This document shows positions 17,823-25,237 of a stretch of 40,831 nt of DNA, one piece after another (position 1 is the stretch's first letter; each line of letters starts with the position of its first letter). The notes under the pieces were generated by a model. It searched no databases and was not told the origin of the DNA. It worked only from the letters and a program-made list of their open reading frames with translations. The position numbers and the translations under genes are program-made. This DNA comes from Ktedonobacterales bacterium (GTDB lineage: Bacteria; Chloroflexota; Ktedonobacteria; Ktedonobacterales; JADMIN01): assembly GCA_025936795.1 (NCBI GenBank), contig JAICSR010000001.1, positions 1 through 40,831 on the forward strand, given 5' to 3'.

Positions 17823-18212
17823 CTATTTCTTCGAGAACTGCCCGCGGATGAGCGTGTAGAACACGCCGACGATGATGGCGCCAAGCAGTGAAGACACGAT
17901 CAGAACACCCTCGAACGCAAAGTCGAAGGGAATCCTGGCGTATGTCTCGACGAGATAGGCGCCGATGACGGTCAGAATCACGCCAGTCACCAGGCTGCCT
18001 GGCTTCTTGCTCGTGAGTCGCTCGGTCACGAAGATGACCACGAGAGCCAGGACAATCAGGATGATGAGCTGGATCAGGTTGATGTGATAGCCGTTAACCG
18101 GCCAATCCAACACCTGAATTGTCAGGTCCGTTTGATAGAAAATGGTGTTCAGGATGCCAGTGTGAGGGATCGGGTCGAACGAAGGGACAGCGGCCAAAAC
18201 GATGGGGGCCAT
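17823..18212 (-). CDS. small hypothetical membrane protein (about 129 aa, 3-4 TM)
   Basis: The ATG at 18212 is preceded by AGGAGA with a 10-nt spacer. Hydrophobic segments include LIQLIILIVLALVVIFV and VSSLLGAIIVGVFYTLI. GC content is noticeably lower than in flanking genes. Confidence 0.55.
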   Translation of the reverse strand: MAPIVLAAVPSFDPIPHTGILNTIFYQTDLTIQVLDWPVNGYHINLIQLIILIVLALVVIFVTERLTSKKPGSLVTGVILTVIGAYLVETYARIPFDFAFEGVLIVSSLLGAIIVGVFYTLIRGQFSKK

Positions 18213-18464
18213 ATGCTGCAGGTCTCCTTTCCTCACCGATGAGGACTAGACGAACGGGCAAACGTCGCAATCGTCGTCGCGCCCGCCTGCTGGATTAGCA
18301 AGCGGCAGGCCAGAATGCAACCTAGCATACCATGTCGAACCAAACTGCGAACAAATTCGTCAAATTGCCCGATTGAGCGCTAAGATACGAGGGCGCCCGC
18401 GTAGCCTGCGAGCCGTTGAGCGCGCCGACGACGACGACGATGAGTTACCGTGGAGACGTTTCGC

Positions 18465-19418
18465 ATGGAGTATCGGCGACTTGGGTCCTCTGGCCTGCGG
18501 GTTTCGGTGATCGGCCTGGGCGGCAACACTTTTGGCCGCTATGTGGATGAAGAACAGACGGCGCAGGTGGTGGGCGCGGCGCTCGACGCTGGCGTCAACT
18601 TCTTCGATACTGCAAACGTCTACAGCAATGGCGCCTCTGAGCAATATCTCGGCAAAGCGTTGCATGGCGTGCGTGAGCAGGCGCTGATCGCGACGAAACT
18701 GGGGATGCGCATGGGGTCAGGCCCCAACGACGCAGGCTCCTCGCGCAAACACATCGTCGCCAGCGTCCACGCGAGCCTGCGCCGCCTCGATACCGACTAC
18801 ATTGATCTGCTCCAGATCCACAAATTCGACCCCGATACCCCGCTAGAGGAGACACTTAGCGCGCTCGATGACCTCGTGCGGGCGGGCGATGTGCGCTATA
18901 TTGGCTGCTCACAATATGACGCCTGGCGCATGACACAGGCGCTCTGGATCAGCGACAAACGCAACCTGACCGCGTTCGTGTCGGTGCAGGCCGAATACAA
19001 TTTGCTTGCGCGCGAGATCGAGCGTGACCTCATCCCCGCCTGCCTGGAGCTTGGTGTCGGCGTCATTCCGTTCTTTCCGCTGGCGGCGGGCGTGCTGACA
19101 GGCAAGTATAGTCCTGGCGAACCTGCGCCAGAGCAGACGCGCGGCTACGACAACCCCGGCTTCGCCCCGCGCCTGAACCGCGCCGACCTGGAGACCACGC
19201 AGCGACTCGATGCCTGGGCGCGTGGGCAGGGCCACAGCGTCGCCGAGTTGGCGCCGGCATGGCTCATCGCACAACCTGCCGTCGCCACGGTCATCGCAGG
19301 CGTGCGCACGCCTGCGCAGGTGGCCGCCAACGTGCGCGCTGGCGAGTGGACGCTGACGCCTGACGATCTCCACGCCATTGATGGCGTGCTTGCGGTCCCC
19401 TCGGCGCAGCCCGCATAG
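18465..19418 (+). CDS. aldo/keto reductase
   Basis: MEYRRLGSSGLRVSVIGLGGNTFG...FFDTANVYSNGASEQYLGKAL...IATKLG...YIDLLQIHKFD shows the AKR catalytic-tetrad context. GGAGA lies 8 nt before the ATG. Confidence 0.9.
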   Translation: MEYRRLGSSGLRVSVIGLGGNTFGRYVDEEQTAQVVGAALDAGVNFFDTANVYSNGASEQYLGKALHGVREQALIATKLGMRMGSGPNDAGSSRKHIVASVHASLRRLDTDYIDLLQIHKFDPDTPLEETLSALDDLVRAGDVRYIGCSQYDAWRMTQALWISDKRNLTAFVSVQAEYNLLAREIERDLIPACLELGVGVIPFFPLAAGVLTGKYSPGEPAPEQTRGYDNPGFAPRLNRADLETTQRLDAWARGQGHSVAELAPAWLIAQPAVATVIAGVRTPAQVAANVRAGEWTLTPDDLHAIDGVLAVPSAQPA

Positions 19419-19620
19419 CGCTGCGCCGTATTTTGTTGAATTTCCGGTAGCGCGGCCAGTGTATACTGAAACAATCGGTTTCACGCGCCTGCGTTTCTCC
19501 CACATGCTAGTGAGGGGCCAGGCTTTTGGGCCCAGCATCGCTGTTCTGCCCGGTATGTCGCCACCAAGCGCGCCACAGCAGGACAGGCGGCTAGCATGTT
19601 CTGTGGGAGAGCGTATCGTC

Positions 19621-20343
19621 ATGACGGCAAGCGGCCAGCCAAAACTCCAGCCAGTGCGGGCCGAGGAAGTCTCGGTCATCATTCCGGTCTATAACGAAGT
19701 CAACACGATTCTGGAAGTCGTGCGACGTGTCCAGTGCCAGCCAAGCGTGACTGAGATCATCATCGTGGATGACTGCTCTCGCGATGGCGCGCGTGAGCTT
19801 TTGCAGCAAACCATGTTCCCGGAGAACGTGAACGTGCTCTACCACCCGAAAAACATGGGCAAGGGCGCGGCTATCCGCACAGGCGTTCAGGCGGCTACCA
19901 AGGGGATCATCATCATCCAGGACGCCGACTTGGAGTACAATCCCAGCGACTTTCCAGCCGTCCTGCGCCCAATTCTGGACGGCGTGGCCGATGTCGTCTA
20001 TGGCTCGCGGTTCCTGGGAACCCATCGCAGTTTCATGCTGCATCACTACCTGGGCAATCGCTTCCTCTCGATGGTGACGAACGTGCTCTACAACAACATG
20101 CTCACCGATATGGAGACCGGCTACAAGGCCTTCCGCGCGCCGATCATCAAATCGCTCAAGATTCGCAGCAACCGCTTCGACTTTGAGCCAGAGATCACCG
20201 CGAAAGTGCTCAAGCGTGGCTACCGCATCTATGAGGTGCCTATCTACTACGCGGGGCGCGACTACGCGGAGGGCAAGAAGATCACCTGGCGCGACGGGTT
20301 CGCGGCGCTCTGGGCGCTGCTGCGCTTCCGCGTCAGCGACTGA
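19621..20343 (+). CDS. family 2 glycosyltransferase, DPM1/ALG5-like polyprenyl-phosphate sugar synthase type
   Basis: VSVIIPVYNE, IIVDDCSRDG, DxD in IIIQDADLEYNP, and C-terminal YYAGRDYAEGKKI. The start is taken at ATG 19621, with GGGAGAG 9 nt upstream. The 81 codons upstream in the track ORF look non-coding. Confidence 0.85.
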   Translation: MTASGQPKLQPVRAEEVSVIIPVYNEVNTILEVVRRVQCQPSVTEIIIVDDCSRDGARELLQQTMFPENVNVLYHPKNMGKGAAIRTGVQAATKGIIIIQDADLEYNPSDFPAVLRPILDGVADVVYGSRFLGTHRSFMLHHYLGNRFLSMVTNVLYNNMLTDMETGYKAFRAPIIKSLKIRSNRFDFEPEITAKVLKRGYRIYEVPIYYAGRDYAEGKKITWRDGFAALWALLRFRVSD

Positions 20344-20537
20344 CGCGCCCACCTCCCCGACCGCATCAGCCTGTCAGCGCAGCAGTTCCCGACGATCGCC
20401 GCGAGCAGATTGCGCTGAACGCCATCGTCGCCCTTCCTGAGCCGCAGATGTCGCTCGCCCGCTTGTAACACGGCGCCGTGGACCTGTGCGATAGTGTCTG
20501 CAAACGACCGTGCTCAAACCGCCTGGAGGCCACCTGC

Positions 20538-20972
20538 ATGAGCTTCGCTTTGCCTGATCCTGCCACGCCCTTTGGCGCCCGCGTCGCCGAGCGGCTGCGT
20601 GAAGAGCGCACCCTCTGGATCGTCACGACCAGCGCCAGCGGCGCGCCGCAGCCTAATCCCGTCTGGTTCCTCTGGGATGGCGTGGGCTTCCTGATCTACA
20701 GCCTGCCAGACGCCGCGCGCATCTCACACATTCGCCGCAACCCACACGTCGCCTTGCATTTCGATAGCGACGGAAACGGCGACGACATCATCGTGTTCAC
20801 CGGTATAGCGCACGAGGCGCCCGACGCGCCCAGCGCCGATCTAAACCCCGCCTATCTCGAACGCTACAGCGACCGCATCGACCGGAACTTCGGTGGCCCA
20901 AGGGGGTTCGCGGAGAGGTATTCGCTCGCGCTGCGTATCAGCCCCGAAAAAGTGCGCGGATTCCTGCGCTGA
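20538..20972 (+). CDS. pyridoxamine 5'-phosphate oxidase-family split-barrel protein (possibly an F420-dependent PPOX class)
   Basis: LWIVTTSASGAPQPNPVWFLWDGVGFLIYS...RNPHVALHFD resembles PPOX-class proteins. GGAGG lies 9 nt before the ATG at 20538. Confidence 0.7.
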   Translation: MSFALPDPATPFGARVAERLREERTLWIVTTSASGAPQPNPVWFLWDGVGFLIYSLPDAARISHIRRNPHVALHFDSDGNGDDIIVFTGIAHEAPDAPSADLNPAYLERYSDRIDRNFGGPRGFAERYSLALRISPEKVRGFLR

Positions 20973-20991
20973 CACCGCTGACGTCCCCGGC

Positions 20992-21021
20992 TTGACCAAC
21001 TGCCAGCGCAGCCCATATACT
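20992..21021 (+). promoter_or_regulatory. candidate sigma70-type promoter of leuB
   Basis: TTGACC (20992-20997), 18-nt spacer, TATACT (21016-21021), about 50 nt upstream of the leuB ATG. Confidence 0.4.
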
Positions 21022-21072
21022 CAGCTTGCATGCTCGCAGATGGCGCGGGTGAACCCGAAGAAGGAGTGAGTC

Positions 21073-22170
21073 ATGGGCGTGTTTGAGATCGCGGTGATGG
21101 GCGGCGACGGCATTGGGCCAGAGGTGACAGCGGAGGCGGTCCGCGCGCTGCATGCCGTCGGCAAACGCTTCGGCCACACCTTCACCCTGCGCGAGGCGCT
21201 CGTGGGGCAGGCGGCGATAGACGTGGAGGGCGCGGCCATCAGCGAGCAGACGATGGCGCTGTGCCAGCAGGTGGATGCGGTGCTCTTCGGCGCCGTCGGC
21301 GGGACTGGTGTCGGCGATCCCAACTCAAAGACCGAGCCAATGTACTCGCTCTTTCGCCTGCGCAAAGACCTGGAACTCTTCGCCAACGTGCGTCCAGTGC
21401 GCCCACTCTCCGCGCTGCTCGGCGCATCTACGCTCAAGCGCGCGACGCTGCGCAACGTAGATATGCTTGTCGTGCGCGAGCTGACGGGCGGCCTCTACTA
21501 CGGCACGCCCAGCGAGATACGGCAGGGGCCAGACGGCGCCTCGGCGGTCGATACGATGACCTACACCGAGGCGGAGATCGAGCGCATCGCACGCTACGCC
21601 TTCGAGCTGGCGCGCGACCGGCGCAAACACGTCACCTCGGTGGACAAGGCCAACGTCCTGAGTTGCTCGCGGCTCTGGCGGCGCGTGGTGGACCGCGTGC
21701 ATGGCGACTACCCCGACATCACCCTGCGCCACATGCTGGTGGACGCCTGCTCGATGGCGCTGATTCGCAACCCGCGCGAGTTCGATGTAGTGGTGACGGA
21801 GAATCTGTTTGGCGACATCCTGACAGATGAGGCCTCGATGCTGACCGGCTCGCTCGGCATGCTCCCCTCGGCCAGCCTGGGCGCGCGGCGCACGAAGCAC
21901 GGCCAGTTCGGCCTCTTCGAGCCAATTCACGGCTCCGCGCCCGACATCGCTGGGCAGGGCAAAGCCAACCCGCTGGCCGCCATTCTGACGGTGGGGCTGC
22001 TGCTGCGCTACTCGCTCGGCCTCAAGCGTGCGGCGGCGACGGTGGAGCGCGCAGTGCGGCAGGTCGTGACGGCAGGCTATCGCACTGCCGACATCGCCGC
22101 CGCTGGCGAGGCCACCGTCTCGACCCACGCGATGGGCGACGCGGTCGTGGCCAACATCCTCGGCGACTGA
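21073..22170 (+). CDS. leuB: 3-isopropylmalate dehydrogenase
   Basis: IAVMGGDGIGPEV, LRKDLELFANVRP, NLFGDILTDEASMLTGSLGMLPSASLG and HGSAPDIAGQGKANP are isopropylmalate/isocitrate dehydrogenase family signatures. Length is LeuB-like. Confidence 0.88.
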   Translation: MGVFEIAVMGGDGIGPEVTAEAVRALHAVGKRFGHTFTLREALVGQAAIDVEGAAISEQTMALCQQVDAVLFGAVGGTGVGDPNSKTEPMYSLFRLRKDLELFANVRPVRPLSALLGASTLKRATLRNVDMLVVRELTGGLYYGTPSEIRQGPDGASAVDTMTYTEAEIERIARYAFELARDRRKHVTSVDKANVLSCSRLWRRVVDRVHGDYPDITLRHMLVDACSMALIRNPREFDVVVTENLFGDILTDEASMLTGSLGMLPSASLGARRTKHGQFGLFEPIHGSAPDIAGQGKANPLAAILTVGLLLRYSLGLKRAAATVERAVRQVVTAGYRTADIAAAGEATVSTHAMGDAVVANILGD

Positions 22171-22203
22171 GGGCGTGGCTGGCGTCGGCTGACGGCAGGT
22201 GAA

Positions 22204-22608
22204 ATGGAGCGCGCAATGGCAGGGTTGAGGCTCACGCTCGCGCCGGAGCGGCTAGCGGTCTGTCGGCTGGCTCCCGATGCGCCGATCCCTCCGCTGCCAC
22301 TGGGCGGCGCGCTCGTAGCGCTGACGCTCACGCCCGACGAGCTTTCGCTGGTACTGCCAGAAGACGCCGCGCCAGCCAACGCAATCACCGAGGCTGGCTG
22401 GCGCGCTCTGCGTGTCGCTGGCCCGCTCGATTTCAGCCTGACGGGCGTGTTGGCGTCGCTCGCCAATCCGCTGGCGCAGGCGGGCATCAGCATCTTCGCC
22501 ATCTCGACCTACGATACAGACTATCTGCTGGTGCGCGAGGCGACGCTGACGGCGGCGCTCGCCGCCTTGCGCGCCGCTGGCCACACCATCACGGAGGCGC
22601 CTGCGTAG
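22204..22608 (+). CDS. ACT-domain protein (ACT_7-like small regulatory protein)
   Basis: LAVCRL...LVALTLTPDELSLVL...WRALRVAGPLDFSLTGVLASLANPLAQAGISIFAISTYDTDYLLV is typical of stand-alone ACT_7 proteins. Confidence 0.7.
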   Translation: MERAMAGLRLTLAPERLAVCRLAPDAPIPPLPLGGALVALTLTPDELSLVLPEDAAPANAITEAGWRALRVAGPLDFSLTGVLASLANPLAQAGISIFAISTYDTDYLLVREATLTAALAALRAAGHTITEAPA

Positions 22609-22622
22609 CCAAGGCATAGGGA

Positions 22623-22658
22623 GCGCCTGTCGTGGTTGCTCGGCACGGCGCCTGCTTT
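22623..22658 (+). terminator. imperfect GC hairpin followed by CTTTT (weak intrinsic terminator candidate)
   Basis: GCGCCTGTCG...CGGCACGGCGC followed by ctgcttttcc, 15 nt after the ACT gene stop. Confidence 0.3.
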
Positions 22659-22764
22659 TCCTAGCAGTGTGAGACGCACACTAATCGCGAGGCGCCCAGC
22701 AACCACGGACGTGTTATTCCCGCCTCCCGTTGAGGGGATACAGGCCCGTCATGAGAAGGGACGT

Positions 22765-24198
22765 ATGATGCCGCGCATCGCCATCGTCGGCGCAGGAATC
22801 GCTGGCCTCACCGCTGCCCACACATTGCAGCGCGCTGGTCGCGCGTGCGACATCTATGAAGCGTCCAATCGGGTCGGCGGTCGCATGCATTCTGATACGA
22901 CGACGTGGGCGGACGGGATGGTCAGCGAGTGGTGCGGTGAATTCATAGACAGCGCGCATACGACCATGCGCCAACTCATCGCGCACTTCGGCCTCAGCCT
23001 CGTCGCGCTAGATCGTGGAAGCGCAGGCCAGGCTCAAAGCCTCATGTACTTCCTCGGTCACTTTTACGACCCAGACGAGCTAAGCAGGGACTTCCAGGCG
23101 CTCGCCCCGCTGATGCAACAGCAGATTCAGGAGGCGGGTTTCCCGACGACTTACGCCCACTTTACCGAGGCGGGACGAAGGCTCGACCACCAGAGCGCGC
23201 ATGAGTGGATCGAGCGGCACGTCCCTGGCGGGCGCGCGTCGCCACTGGGACGATTCCTGTCTGCCGCCTGCACGGGTCTCTACGGCCTTGAAACCGAGGA
23301 GCAGAGCGCGCTCAACCTGATCTATCTGTTTGGCGCACACGAGTCATCGGGGAACGCGAGCGCGCCCCGGCCACTGCAAGGGAGCAGCAAAATCGCAGGC
23401 GGGAACGCGCAATTGCCACTGGCAATCGCCCGCAGTTTGTCCGATGGGAGTATCCACCTGGAGCATCAACTGGTAGCGCTCGAACGTATGGGTGATGATT
23501 CGCTCAGGTTGACGTTTGCTACTGCTGGCGGCTCCGCGCAGTTGTCCTGCGACTACGCCATCCTCACCCTGCCATTCAGCGCCTTGCGCCGCGTTGATTA
23601 TCGGCGAGCGCGATTTGACGCCCTGAAGCAAACGGCCATCGAGCAATTGGGCTACGGCACAATCTCCAAGCTCTGCTTGCAGTTCGACAGACCCTTCTGG
23701 TACGACGACGGCTCATGGCCTCGCGCACACAGCGGCTTCCTGGTTACGGACCTGGATATTCAGACGCTCTGGGATGCGTCCATTGGCCAAACGGGCGCAT
23801 CTGGTTTGCTGATGGACTACACCAGCGGGCGCCGGGGAGCTGCGTATGCGCCGCCGATGGCCTATGCCACCACTGATGATTCCGCCACCATCCAGCGCTA
23901 TGCCCAGAACTGCCTGGAGCAACTGGAACAGGTCTTCCCTGGCGCACGCGCTCACTACACTGGCAAGGCGGCGTTGAGCTATCCCACGGGTGATCCATAC
24001 CTGCTGGGCAGCTACGCCTGCTGGCGCGTCGGGCAGTATACCCAGTTCGCCGGCTACGAGGGTGTGCGGCAAGGGCCTGTGCTCTTTGCGGGCGAACATT
24101 GCTCCGTCGAGTTCCAGGGCTACATGGAGGGCGCGGCCAGGGAGGGCGAGCGCGCCGCCCGTGAGATTGTGCGGGAGGTCGGGCAGGAGGCGCCCTAG
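22765..24198 (+). CDS. FAD-dependent amine oxidase (flavin monoamine oxidase family)
   Basis: Dinucleotide-binding motif IAIVGAGIAGLTAAHTLQRAGRACDIYEASNRVGGRM and C-terminal VLFAGEHCS...GYMEGAAREGERAAREI. The start is taken at ATG 22765. Confidence 0.85.
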   Translation: MMPRIAIVGAGIAGLTAAHTLQRAGRACDIYEASNRVGGRMHSDTTTWADGMVSEWCGEFIDSAHTTMRQLIAHFGLSLVALDRGSAGQAQSLMYFLGHFYDPDELSRDFQALAPLMQQQIQEAGFPTTYAHFTEAGRRLDHQSAHEWIERHVPGGRASPLGRFLSAACTGLYGLETEEQSALNLIYLFGAHESSGNASAPRPLQGSSKIAGGNAQLPLAIARSLSDGSIHLEHQLVALERMGDDSLRLTFATAGGSAQLSCDYAILTLPFSALRRVDYRRARFDALKQTAIEQLGYGTISKLCLQFDRPFWYDDGSWPRAHSGFLVTDLDIQTLWDASIGQTGASGLLMDYTSGRRGAAYAPPMAYATTDDSATIQRYAQNCLEQLEQVFPGARAHYTGKAALSYPTGDPYLLGSYACWRVGQYTQFAGYEGVRQGPVLFAGEHCSVEFQGYMEGAAREGERAAREIVREVGQEAP

Positions 24199-24262
24199 CT
24201 GGTGGTATCATCGGTAGCGAATCGGCAGTGAACAGTGCGCCCCAGCCGTCACGGAGGTCACT

Positions 24263-24823
24263 ATGTCGCCGCTCACCGCGTGGACGAACTTTTACGTCAT
24301 CATCGGCTCCTCCGCAGGAGCGCTGACCGGCTTGACATTCGTGGTGATCACCCTGATTGCGCAGAGCCAGCAGCGTGCAGCAAACCAGGCGATTCCGGCG
24401 TTCACCACGCCCACAGTGGTGCATTTTAGTGTCGTGTTGCTGATTGCCACGCTGCTCAGCGCGCCATGGCCGACGCTGGCGCCGCCTGCCATTCTGCTCG
24501 GCCTCGGCGGTCTCGCGGGGCTACTCTACTCCGCCATCGTGATACGACGCCAGCTCCGACTGGATGACTACAAGCCGGTGCTGGAAGACTGGCTGACATA
24601 TGCGGCGGGTCCGTTCATCGCGTTCGCCGCACTGCTCGTGGCGGCGATTCTGCTGCCGGGCAACCCGGTCGTGGCGCTGTTTATCATCGGTGGGGTGATG
24701 GCGCTGCTGCTGTTCCTCGGTATCCACAATGCCTGGGACGCAACCACCTTCATCGTGGTAGAGCGCATGACCAGGCAGATCGAGCCAGACAAGCGAGATG
24801 AGGGGGGCGAGCGTCAGGCGTAG
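24263..24823 (+). CDS. hypothetical membrane protein (4-5 TM)
   Basis: GGAGG lies 5 nt before the ATG. Hydrophobic segments include FYVIIGSSAGALTGLTFVVITLI and VVALFIIGGVMALLLFLGI. I recognise no family. Confidence 0.6.
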   Translation: MSPLTAWTNFYVIIGSSAGALTGLTFVVITLIAQSQQRAANQAIPAFTTPTVVHFSVVLLIATLLSAPWPTLAPPAILLGLGGLAGLLYSAIVIRRQLRLDDYKPVLEDWLTYAAGPFIAFAALLVAAILLPGNPVVALFIIGGVMALLLFLGIHNAWDATTFIVVERMTRQIEPDKRDEGGERQA

Positions 24824-24842
24824 ACGCCGCTGGCGCGGCGTC
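24823..24842. terminator. 8-bp perfect GC hairpin between convergent genes
   Basis: GACGCCGC-tggc-GCGGCGTC, overlapping the stop codon of the 24263-24823 gene. Confidence 0.4.
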
Positions 24843-24859
24843 CCTCGCGCGGTTGCAGG

Positions 24860-25084
24860 TCAGCCCATCTTGGCGCGGGGTGATGGCCCAAGCTGCGCCA
24901 ACTCGACGGCGACGCGCCGCAACTCGTTCTCCAGGTCGTCGATTCGTTCGCGGCGCTTGCGTGTGGGTGGCTCCTCGATCTCCGCCAGCCGCGCCAGCTC
25001 CTGGTTGATGGCTTCAAAGCGTTGCTGGAGCAGGCGCTCGCGCACATCCCAGACCATCACACCGCGCTCTCGCCCTGCGGTCAT
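24860..25084 (-). CDS. small (74 aa) charged coiled-coil-like hypothetical protein
   Basis: The ATG at 25084 is preceded by GAGAGG with a 7-nt spacer. The protein is MTAGRERGVMVWDVRERLLQQRFEAINQELARLAEIEEPPTRKRRERIDDLENELRRVAVELAQLG... The longer track ORF would run into the REP-like element. Confidence 0.35.
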   Translation of the reverse strand: MTAGRERGVMVWDVRERLLQQRFEAINQELARLAEIEEPPTRKRRERIDDLENELRRVAVELAQLGPSPRAKMG

Positions 25085-25108
25085 CGCTGCGCCTCTCAGT
25101 CTGCGCCA

Positions 25109-25222
25109 GACCTCACCCTCCAGCCCCTCCACAGGGCGAGGGGCTGGAGGTTCTGTTTCCCCCGCTCCTCGTGGGAGCGGGGGCCAGGGGGTGAGGTCAC
25201 GTCTTACACCGACGACCTCACC
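25109..25222. repeat. REP/MITE-like double-hairpin element, copy 2 (90 nt, 25109-25198) plus an extra flanking hairpin arm
   Basis: GACCTCACCC...GGGGGTGAGGTC encloses CCTCCAGCCCCTC-cacagggc-GAGGGGCTGGAGG (13 bp) and CCCCCGCTCC-tcgtg-GGAGCGGGGG (10 bp). In addition, GGTGAGGTC (25190-25198) pairs with GACCTCACC (25214-25222). The element starts 16 nt after the cheA stop. Confidence 0.7.
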
Positions 25223-25237
25223 TCAGTAGGCCTACTA

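Noticed and set aside
18427-18441. (GAC)n trinucleotide run upstream of the aldo/keto reductase gene
   Set aside because: It has only about 4-5 units in an intergenic region and no evident function, so it is too short to call a meaningful repeat.
18909-22128. Minus-strand ORFs of 253-267 aa (18909-19682, 19591-20352, 21325-22128)
   Set aside because: They are antisense to the aldo/keto reductase, GT2 and leuB genes, all of which have strong family motifs. I see no independent support for them.
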